Origin: Pristiophorus japonicus | Taxonomy: Eukaryota | Reading direction: 5' to 3' | Length of the DNA stretch: 64,000 nucleotides | NCBI RefSeq assembly: GCF_044704955.1 | Contig: NC_092002.1 | Coordinates: 3,224,001 to 3,288,000, forward strand | Part shown: piece after piece, positions 36,761 to 46,749 of the stretch | Numbering within the stretch: the stretch's first letter is position 1 | Layout: the number at the start of each line of letters is the position of its first letter | Translations under genes and position numbers: made by a program | The notes under the pieces: generated by a model | Told to the model about the DNA's origin: nothing | Database searches by the model: none | What the model saw: only the letters and a program-made list of their open reading frames with translations

Positions 36761-37917
36761 CTGAACGAACGAACGATACAGCACAGAAGGAGGCCATTCA
36801 GCCCATCGTGCTGGCACTTTCTCTTTGCTCGGCCATGAGAGCTACCTGGGAAGGGGTCACCCCCTCGCCCCCCCCCCCCCCCACCGCTGGACACTGGCTG
36901 CAGGTCACGGTCTTCTCAACAATTGCTGCGATTGAGAGAGAGACGGCAGAGACTGACGGGTGGAGCCCTTTCCACACCCAGACTGCGCCCGCCTCATCTC
37001 AGCGCCTCACGGCAGAGACCCGGCACAGCACCAGTCCCGACCGACCATTAATCCCAAGTGGATCCATCGCTCATTCGTCCAGCAGGATATAGGGATGGAC
37101 CTCTGAGGGCGGGAAATGTGTAAGTGAAGGCGAGGTTAATGGGTGACTCGACTGAGGTATATAAAGTAACGGTGGCAGGATAGGGAGGGGCGAGCCCACC
37201 ATTTCACAGGGCACTAATTGGTTACAAGTGGATCCAGCGGAAACATCTTCACACAAAGGCAGGGGAGAATGTGAAATTGTCCCAAAACTCCATCGACACC
37301 GAATCTATTGGGGTATTTAAAGGGAGAATGAGTCTTGTTTGGGAGAAAAAGGTTATTCAGGGATCAAGAGAAAAGGTGGGAAATTGGGATTGAGAAATAA
37401 AGAGCTTCCAAGATTAAGGAAATGGTGGAACGGCTGAAAGGGCGACTCCTGGTCCCCATAAGATCTGGCTTTGCCCAAAAGCAGCGTGTTCTCCCAGCCC
37501 CACCAATGGGAGGGCACAGAGGGTGGTACACCGGCCTGCAGGTAATGCTGAAGCCACTAAGCATTGGCAGCTGGTTTAACCGAACGTACTGTATCGAGTG
37601 CTACCTTTTTGTAAGAATAACCAGCGTGAATGGGCAGTGGGTGGGTGTTCCAATCGTTCAAGAGGCAGTCACCTGCTCCCCAACCACTTCCTCACTTGGT
37701 GCAGACACGGAGCTGGGATTGACCCGGGAACCCATGGGATGGCCTGTTTAACTCTGGGCGGTGTATTAATCCACTGAGCCATTAGACTGCTCCACACTGC
37801 AGCTGCTCGGGCAGCCTTGACTGTTCAATAAAAGGAAATCACAAAACCGGACTGCACGGAATAGTCTCTCTACTTCCATTACTGATTAAATCGGCGGTTC
37901 ACACAGGTGATTCTTAA

Positions 37918-39442
37918 AAGAACAAATTGTATTTCTATAGCGCCTTTCATGACCACCGAACGTCCCAAAGCACTTTACAGCCAATGAAGTACTTTTTGGA
38001 GTGTGGTCACTGTTGTAATGCGCGAAACGCAGCAGCCAATTTGCGCACAGCAAGCTCCCACACATAGCAATGTGATAATGACCCAGATCATCTATTGGTT
38101 GACAGATAAATATTGGGCAGGACACCTGCTCTTCTTCGAAATAGTGCCATGGGATCTTTTACGTCCACCTGAGAGAACAGATGGGGCCTCGGTTTAACGT
38201 CTCATCCGAAAGACAGCACCTCCGACAGTGCAGCGCTCCCTCAGTACTGCCCCTCCGACAGTGCAGCGCTCCCTCAGTACTGCCCCTCCGACAGTGCGGC
38301 GCTCCCTCAGTACTGCCCCTCCGACAGTGCGGCGTTCCCTCAGTATTGCCCCTCCGACAGTGCGGCGTTCCCTCAGTACTGCCCCTCCGACAGTGCGGCG
38401 TTCCCTCAATACTGCCCCTCCGACAGTGCGGCGCTCCCTCAGCACTGCCCCTCCGACAGTGCGGCGTTCCCTCAGTACTGCCCCTCCGACAGTGCGGCGT
38501 TCCCTCAGTACTGCCCCTCCGAAAGTGCGGCGCTCCCTCAGTACTGCCCCTCCGACAGTGCGGCGTTCCCTCAATACTGCCCCTCCGACAGTGCGGCGCT
38601 CCCTCAGCACTGCCCCTCCGACAGTGCGGTGTTCCCTCAGTACTGCCCCTCCGACAATGTAGCACTCCCTCAGTACTGCCCCTCCGACAGTGCGGCGCTC
38701 CCTCAGTACTGCCCCTCCGACAGTGCGGCGCTCCCTCAGCACTGCCCCTCCGACAGTGCAGCACTCCCTCAGTACTGCCCCTCCGACAGTGTGGCGCTCC
38801 CTCAGCACTGCCCCTCCGACAGTGCAGCACTCCCTCAGTACTGCCCCTCCGACAGTGCAGCGCTCCCTCAGCACTGCCCCTCCGACAGTGCGGCACTCCC
38901 TCAGTACTGCCCCTCCGACAGTGCGGCACTCCCTCAGTACTGCCCCTCCGACAGTGCGGCGCTCCCTCAGCACTGCCCCTCCGACAGTGCAGCACTCCCT
39001 CAGTACTGCCCCTCCGACAGTGCGGCACTCCCTCAGTACTGCCCCTCCGACAGTGCGGCACTCCCTCAGTACTGCCCCTCCGACAGTGCAGCACTCCCTC
39101 AGTACTGCCCCTCCGACAGTGCGGCGCTCCCTCAGCACTGCCCCTCCGACAGTGCGGCACTCCCTCAGTACTGCCCCTCCGACAGTGCAGCGCTCCCTCA
39201 GCACTGCCCCTCCGACAGTGCGGCACTCCCTCAGTACTGCCCCTCCGACAGTGCGGCACTCCCTCAGTACTGCCCCTCCGACAGTGCAGCACTCCCTCAG
39301 TACTGCCCCTCCGACAGTGCGGCACTGCCTCAGCACTGCACAAGAGTGTCAGACTAGAATTTGTGTTCAAATCTCTGGAGTGGGACTTAAACCCACGACC
39401 TTCTGACCCTGAGGTGAGAGTGCGACCCACTGAGCCACAGCT
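37918..39442 (-). mobile_element. Full-length Deu-domain SINE with about 34 copies of the 33-bp unit (about 38220-39340)
   Basis: tRNA-like head (GTGGCTCAGTGGG...GGGTTTAAGTCCC) at about 39365-39442, Deu core and L2-type tail. Confidence 0.9.
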
Positions 39443-40129
39443 GTTGAATAAAGGTGAACAGGAATGCAGCCTCCGCTGTGTGTTTGTGTAAAAATGTGTT
39501 TGATGAAGATCTCGTGACAACTACCAGCTCACGTACCCGAGTGCTTGACTCAGTCTGCAGGCATTAAATAGGGTAAGTCATTTGTTCAACGAGATATCTC
39601 AACCTCACCCCAGCTCGTGGGGTCTGCTGCCAGTGTCACAGACTTGCATTAAAGCCCCAGGGACAGAAACCCTCCGATCCTAACCAGATCTCCGTGTAAA
39701 GCCCGTGAGATTAAAGAGACAGCGGATACAAAATTGGCGAAGGGACAGAAAGAGAGTAGTGTGAACGGTTTTTCAGACTGGAGGGAAGTATAGTGCTGTT
39801 TCCCACCTTCTCCAGGGCAATTAGGGAAGGGCTACAAATGCTGGCCTTGCCAGCGACACCCACGTCTCAGAACAAAATAAGGACCACTGCTGCTTCTGAT
39901 ATATATTAATGACCTGGATTGGGTGTACAGGGCATCATTTCAAAGTTTGCAGTTGATAAGAAACTCAGAAATGTAGTAAATAGTGAGGACTTTAGGAGCA
40001 TTTCGGCAGACCAGTGAAATGGCTAGACATATGGCAGATGAAATTTAATGCAGAGAAGTGAATTATTTTGGAAGGAATAATGTGGAGAGGCAATATAAAT
40101 TAAATGGTTCAGTGAGACTGTCAGATCTT

Positions 40130-40850
40130 AACAACAACCACCTGTATTTATATAGCGCCTTTAAAGTAGTGAAACGTCCCAAGGTGCTTCACAGGAGTAT
40201 TATGACACCGAGCTGCATAAGTAGGAATTAGCGTGGTGACCAAAAGCTAGGTCAAAGGGGGAGGTTTTAAGGAGCGTCTTGAAGGAGGAAAGAGGTAGAG
40301 AGGCGGAGAGGTTTAGGGAGGGAGTTCCAGAGCTTGGGGCCCAGGCAGCTGAAGACACAGCCACCAATGGTGGAGCGATTATAATCAGGGATGCTCAAGA
40401 GGGCAGAATTAGAGGAGTGCAGATATCTCGGGGGGCGGGGGGGGGGGGGGGGGGTGGTTGTGGGGCTGGAGGAGATTACAGAGATAGGGAGGGGCAAGGG
40501 CCATGGAGGGATTCGTAAACGGATGAGAATTTTAAAATCGAGGCGTTGCTTAACTGGGAGCCAATGTAGGTCAGCGAGCACAGGGGGTGATGGGTGAGCG
40601 GGACTCGGTGCGAGTTAGGACACGGGCAGTGAGCACAGGGGGTGATGGGTGAGCGGGACTCGGTGCGAGTTGGGACACGGGGCAGCTGAGTTTTGGATCA
40701 CCTCTAGTTTACGTAGGGTAGAATGTGGGAGGCCAGCCAGGAGTGCGTTGGAACAGTCGAGTCTGGAGGTAACAGAGGCACGGATGAGGGCTTCAGCAGC
40801 GGATGAGCTGAGGCAGGGGTGGAGACGGGCGATGTTACGGAGGTGGAAAT
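40130..40850 (-). mobile_element. L2-like LINE 3' fragment
   Basis: YFHLRNIARL...VTSRLDCSNALLAGLP...IQNSAA; LADLHWLPVKQRLDFKIL. Confidence 0.88.
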
Positions 40851-41074
40851 AAACAGAGAATGTCACTGGCTCAGGCTGGGCATCAATCCATCCCCACAGA
40901 CTGATTCCCTTCAGCTGGCCAGGAGTTGGTGGTGCAGTAGGATGGCGAATCAGGAGTTAACCCTCCTCCGCCTCCTCTCCTGGGTCTCAGCTTCCCTGGA
41001 GCAGAACAAAAGGGTGACTCCACCCAATATACCCAAGTCATTCCAAGTTTGTTGTAGTATCTTACATAGCAGGA

Positions 41075-42500
41075 GGAGACCATTCGGCTCATTGTGCCTG
41101 TGCCAGCTCTCTGAAGGAGTTATCCGGTTGGTCCCACTCCCTCTGCTCTTTCTCCATAGCCCTGCACATTTTTCAGGATCAGACCAACTCGCTGCATAAA
41201 AATAAATTCTCATCTCCCCTCGGGTTCTTAAATCTGTGTCCTCTGGTTACTGACCCTCCTGCCACTGGGAACTGTTTCTCCTTATTTACTCTATCGAAAC
41301 TGAACACCTCTATGAAATCTTCCCTTAACCTTCTCTGCTGTAAGGTGAACAACCTCAGTTTCTTCAGTCTCTCCACATAACTGGAGTCCCTCATCCCCGG
41401 GACCATTCTGGTCAATGTCCTCTGCACCCTCTCCAAGGCCTTGACATCCTTCCTAAAGTGCGCTGCCCAGAATTGGACACAATACTCCCGCTGGGGCCTA
41501 ACCTGTGATTTATAAAGGTTTAGTCCAGGATCCCGTGTGCCTTCTAAACTTGCCCGGCCACCTTCAAAGATTGGTATCTGTGAAATCCTCGGTCTCTCCG
41601 TTTCTGCACACCTTTAAAAATGTACCATCTTGTTTATTTTGCCTGTCCACATTATTCCTTCCAAAATACATCACTTCTCTTCATAAAATTTCACCAGTGA
41701 AAACGTCTCATGTGGCTCGGTGTTCGGCCGGGACTAACAATCCGGAGACGCGAGTTCCACCCCCCCCCACTGGGCAGCCAGGGGGGAATTTAAATTTAGG
41801 TAACTGAATAAATCTGGAATAAAAAGCCAGTGTCGGTGAAACCAGCGGATTGAGGCAAAACCCACCCCTCGGGGAGAGAAATCTGCCGCCCTGACCCGGC
41901 CCGGCCGGTGTGTGACTCCAGACCCTCAGCGATGTGGCTGACCATTCGCTGCCTCCTGGAGTGGCCCAGAGAGGGGCAGCCCAATCCCCGGGCCCCAGGG
42001 CAGCCCAATCCCCGGGGCAGGGCAGGCCACGGGCCCATTTCACTGGTCTGCCTATATCCTCCTAAAGCCCTCACTATGTACCTTTCCGTGTTTCGTGTCA
42101 GCTGCAACTTTGAAAATATGCCCTGTATACCCAATCCAGGCCATTAATATATCTCAAAAAGAGTAACTGTCCTAATACTGACCCTTGGGAAAGACCACTG
42201 TGTACTGCCTCCTGTCTGAAACAACTGTACACCAATACTCTCTGCTTTCTGTCCCTCAGCCAAGTTTTGTATCCGTGCTACCACCGATTCTTTAACCCCA
42301 CGGGCTTTAACTTTGCTAACACGTCTATTATGTGGTACTTTGTCAAACACCTTTTGAAAGTCCATGTACATCAACTGACCTACTCTGTCTGTTACTTCAT
42401 CAAAGAACTCAACCAAGTTAACCAAACACAATCTGCCTTTAACAAATCCCTGTCTACTTTCATTTGTTAGCCGATGATTTTCCAGATCGCAATTAATTTA
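41075..42500 (-). mobile_element. Decayed CR1-like LINE pieces (41075-41690 and 42140-42500), interrupted by the inverted-duplication arm
   Basis: ERVQRTLTRMVPGM...; CLVNLVEFFDEVT...MDFQKVFDKVPH. Confidence 0.75.
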
Positions 42501-42619
42501 GTCCCAGATTATTGTCTAAATTTCCTCAAAACTTGCAACGGCTTGTAATAAATGTTGCTAAAGTTTCTGTGAAATATTAAAGTTTGTTTAATATAAAGTT
42601 AAAACTTTTTTTGAACTTT

Positions 42620-42713
42620 TGGCCTGACGTCAGCGCGTTTCCGGGTAAAAGGTCGCAGCTTCCGGCTTCCATTTTTTATTTCTCGGTGAGGCGAAAAAAC
42701 GGCGGAAAAAAAA
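42620..42713 (+). promoter_or_regulatory. ERH: ERH core promoter / 5' UTR
   Basis: Full CRE TGACGTCA at 42625-42632, ETS-like TTCCGG x2, and a YY1-like CCATTTT. A CpG island follows in intron 1. Confidence 0.7.
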
Positions 42714-42716
42714 ATG
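42714..42716 (+). CDS. ERH: ERH exon 1 (start codon only)
   Basis: aaaATG|gtgaga. Phase 0 supplies the Met missing from exon 2, as in the known vertebrate ERH structure. Confidence 0.8.
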
Positions 42717-44758
42717 GTGAGAAAAAAATAAATAAATAAATAGAGAGAAAGTGATAGAGATAGAGAGAGAGAGAGAGAGAGGGAGAGGGGGAGATAGATA
42801 GAGAGAGGGAAGGATAGTGAGTGAGTGAGGGGGGCCCGGGCCTAGGCCCACATCCCCGGCCTCGCGCTGAATGTCCGCCGACCGCGCTCTGCCCGGGGCC
42901 TCGCTGCCTCCTGAAACCGACCGGGAGAGAGAGGGCCCGGGCCCGGGGCACCCCGCCCCCCGCCCCCCGGCAGCGTGAGCCGGCGAGTGGTGTTTGTTCG
43001 ATCCGTTCACCTCACCGGCAATCGAGGGCCGGCCTTCCCGTCCCGTCCCGGGCCCATCCTGGGGCCTGCTCTGGGGCCCGGGGATTGGGGCCTCGGGCCC
43101 GTGGCCTGGATTGGGGCCCGGGGATTGGGCTGCCCTGGGGCCCGGGGATTGGGCTGCCCTGGGGCCCGGGGATTGTGCTGCCCTGGGGCCCGGGGATTGT
43201 GCTGCCCTGGGGCCCGGGGATTGTGCTGCCCTGGGGCCCGGGGATTGTGCTGCCCTGCCCCGGGGATTGGGCTGCCCTGGGGCCCGGGGATTGGGCTGCC
43301 CCTCTCTGGGCCACTCCAGGGGGCAGCGAATGGTCAGCCACATCGCTGAGGGCCTGGAGTCACACTCCGGCCGGGCCGGGTCAGGGCGGCAGATTTCTCT
43401 CCCCGAGGGGGGGGGGGTTTGCTGGTTTCACCGACACCGGCTTTTTATTCCAGATTTATTCAGTTAGCTAAATTTAAGTTCCCCCCCTGGCTGCCCCGGG
43501 GGGGGGGGGGGGGGGGAACTCGCGACCCCGGATTGTTAGTCCCGGCCGAACACCGAGCCACGTGAGACGTTGGGACAGGTGACCCAAAGCTTGGTCAAGG
43601 AGGTCAGTTTTAAGGGGCGGAGAGGTTGAGGGAGGGAGTTCCAGAGCTGAAGGCACGGCCACCGATGGTGGAGCGATGGGAATCGGGGAATGCTCGGGAG
43701 GGCAGAGATCGGAAGGACAGGGTGTGGTTGTAGGGCTGGAGGAGATTAGAGCTCGGGGAGGGGTGAGGCCATAATGCTCCCGTGAAATGCCTTTGGACAT
43801 TTTACTATGTTAACAGAGCTGTATAAATACAAACTTACTGTATCTTGGGGCTTTAAAATGTTGGCAGGGATTCTCCTGGTAACCGGTGCAGAACCTTCCC
43901 TCCAACACAAGAAACTGCGATACGACAGAGAGGCCATCAATATAAGACAATCGCCAAGAAACCCAATGAGGCATTCAGGAGAAACTTCTTTATCCAGAGA
44001 GCGGTGAGAATGTGGAACTCACTGCCACAGGGAGGGGTTGAGGCGAATAATATCGATGCATTTAAGGGGAGGCTGGATAAACACATGAGGGAGAAGGGAA
44101 TAGAGGGTTATGCTGATAGATTTAGATGAGGAAAGACGGGAGGAGGCTCGAGTGGAGCATAAACGCCGGCATGGACTGGTTGGGCCCAATGGCCTGTTCC
44201 TGTGCTGTATATCCCGTGTAATCTTAAGAATTGAAGTCAAACCAAAGGAATTGGATAAATACCTGAAGCGTTCCGGGGAAAGAGCGGGGGAGTGGGATGA
44301 GCAGAGAGCCGGCATGGGTTGAATGGCGGCCTCCTGTGCTGTAACCATTCTATGATTTGTTGGCTGATGCTCCTGTGACGTGCCATGCGATGTTTTACTA
44401 CGTTAAAGCTGCTGTGTAAAAGCAAATTGTTGTACTTTGGGGGTTTAATATGTTGACGGGGCTTTGCAGGGTGAAGGTGCAGATCCTTCCCTCCAACAGG
44501 GGAAAACCCAGAACTGAGAGACGGCATCTTAAAAATTAAACGCACCGTTATTAAAAACAAACCCAGGGAAATGTTTTGGCTGTGTGGGAAGAACACTCGG
44601 GAGCAGCCACGTGAGACGGAATGGGGAAAGGGCAGGGAATTGGGATTGCTGCTGCTGATACTGGCCGTGCTGGCTCAATGGGCCAAGTGGCCTCCTGCTG
44701 TCCCCGCAGCTTTTCATTAATACTCCTGTCTCCTTTATCTTTCCTGTTTTTATTTCAG

Positions 44759-44846
44759 TCGCACACTATTCTGCTGGTGCAGCCCACAAAGCGACCAGAG
44801 GGAAGGACCTATGCTGACTATGAATCTGTCAATGAATGTATGGAAG
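44759..44846 (+). CDS. ERH: Enhancer of rudimentary homolog, exon 2
   Basis: tatttcag|[30 protein letters not shown]|gtacgg (88 nt). Confidence 0.97.
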
Positions 44847-45289
44847 GTACGGCCCTGCAATCAGACTTTATACACTCGACGCCTTTACCATTTTAAAATG
44901 TATCTGTGGGTCTATTATATCTTCTGGTCCCATTTGTCTCGTTAGAATCAGGAAATTTTGTTTTGGGTCAGGTAGTGTCTTGGTTTAACCAGCATGGACC
45001 CTTCCATCTTTCACCAAAGTCTGACAGCATGCTTTGCATTTGCTAATTTATTTCCTCCTTATTTCTGCTCTCGCTGTGGCGGGGGTTCCACAGGTCGGTT
45101 GTCCATTTGTAATGTGTGAGTTGGCACATTTGTCAAGAGGCTGTCCTGATATGGAGACCTCTTGCTCCCAATATCCATGTCCAGTCAGTCACTCTATAGT
45201 GAGCAGTGGCAGGGTGCCTGGCTGCCTTCTCTCCCAGCAGTTGCTGAGACCACTTGTACCTCCTCGACTGAATTATTGATCTCCTTACC

Positions 45290-45752
45290 TAAGGAATATA
45301 CTTGCCATAGAGGGAGTGCAACAAAGGTTCACCAGACTGATTCCTGGGGTGGGGGGGAGATTGAGTAGACTAGGCCTATATCTCTAGAATTTAGAAAAAT
45401 GATAGGTGATCTCATTGAAGCATACAAAATTCTTACAGGGTCGATGCAGGATGTTTCCCCCGGTCTGAGTAGCCTAGAACCAGGGGTCACAGTCTCAGGA
45501 TAAGGGGTCGGCCATTTAGGACTGAAATGAGGGGAAATTTCTTCACTCAGAGGGTGGTGAATCTCTGGCATTCTCTACCCTAGAGGGCAGTCGAGGCTCA
45601 GTCGTTGAGCATTCATTTGGGATATTAAGGGAATTCAGGGATATGGGGATAGTGCTGGAAAATGGAATTGAGGTCGATGATCAGCCATGATATTGAATGG
45701 CAGAGTAGGCTCGAGGGGCCGAATGGCCGACTCCTGCTCCAAATTCTTATGT
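45290..45752 (+). mobile_element. CR1-like LINE 3' fragment in ERH intron 2 (followed by an L2 tail to about 45950)
   Basis: Decayed AIEGVQQRFTRLIPG...RTRGHSL...NFFTQRVVNLW. Confidence 0.8.
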
Positions 45753-46282
45753 TTGTGACCAGTGCAGATTGTGATCAGACCTGAGCTACTGCTTTGATGC
45801 TCCATAAAACCTACCCGTTTGACCAAGCTTTTGGTCACCTGCCCTAATATCTCCTTGTGTGGCTCGGTGTCAAATTTTGTTTGATAACGCTCCTATGAAG
45901 CGCCTTGGGATATTTTACTATGTTAAAGGCGCTATATAAATACAGGAAGTTGTAGGTTTATCCAGTTTTGCACGGTTTGCTTTTGTGTAGCAATCACCTC
46001 CTGCTCTAAGTTTATTTTGTTCTTGTGGCCTCTCTTCTGCCACCCCAACTGAATCAACTACCTTTAGAGAAAACTAGCAAATAAGTTGTGGCAGACTTGC
46101 ACTAGCTCTGATATGCAATATGATGGCGAGGGTGAATTCAGGGCCTCTAGTAAACTCTCCTTTAAGAACCATGCCATTCTGCAGCACCTGGTGTCGCTGC
46201 ACTACAGGGTCATTCCACTTGCAGACTCCAAACTAAAGTTATATATTGTGCTCACCCAGAGTTTGCATTTGTGCCTCCCCAG

Positions 46283-46403
46283 GTGTCTGCAAAATGTTTG
46301 AAGAGCATCTGAAGAGGATGAACCCAAACAGTCCATCCATCACGTACGACATTAGCCAACTCTTTGACTTTATCGATGACCTTGCTGACCTCAGCTGCCT
46401 TGT
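46283..46403 (+). CDS. ERH: ERH exon 3
   Basis: ctccccag|[41 protein letters not shown]|gtaagt (121 nt). Confidence 0.97.
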
Positions 46404-46646
46404 GTAAGTACTGTTACTTCCTCTGCACATGGGAACAGGAATAGGCCGTTCAGCCGCTCGGGCCTGTTGGGCTTTCACCGACAATGCAGTGTGGCTACTC
46501 ATGGGACTTGATTGTAAATCACTCAAGTTTGTATTCAGCCACAGTTGGGAGCTGCTGACTCGGGGAGGGCTGGGAAAGATGGAAAATCTTGTTTTAGTGG
46601 CATTGAATGATGAAGCTTTTAAACCCCCTTTTTTTTTGTTCTCCAG

Positions 46647-46749
46647 TTATCGGGCAGATACGCAGACTTACCAACCTTACAACAAGGACTGGCTGAAGGA
46701 GAAGATCTATATCCTCCTGCGTCGGCAAGCCCAGCAAGCGGGGAAATAA
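46647..46749 (+). CDS. ERH: ERH exon 4 (to stop); spliced CDS 315 nt, 104 aa
   Basis: ttctccag|[33 protein letters not shown]. Confidence 0.97.

Larger units (their letters stand above)
41702..43571. repeat. Inverted repeat pair (41702-42036 and 43095-43571) flanking the ERH promoter/exon 1; right arm carries a 24-bp tandem expansion
   Basis: AACGTCTCATGTGGCTCGGTGTTCGGCCGGGACTAACAATCC...CAGGCCACGGGCCC matches the reverse complement of GGGCCCGTGGCCTG...GGATTGTTAGTCCCGGCCGAACACCGAGCCACGTGAGACGTT. Confidence 0.92.

Noticed and set aside
39365-39442. tRNA genes (also 17240-17314, 27450-27525 and 63786-63860)
   Set aside because: These A/B-box sequences are SINE heads attached to SINE bodies, without a complete cloverleaf.
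38159-39520. Long ORFs (380-453 aa) in multiple frames; likewise 23673-24780, 21101-22359, 24750-26225 and 26636-27349
   Set aside because: These come from stop-free tandem or low-complexity repeats (for example 33 bp = 11 codons). They are open on both strands and have no domain content.
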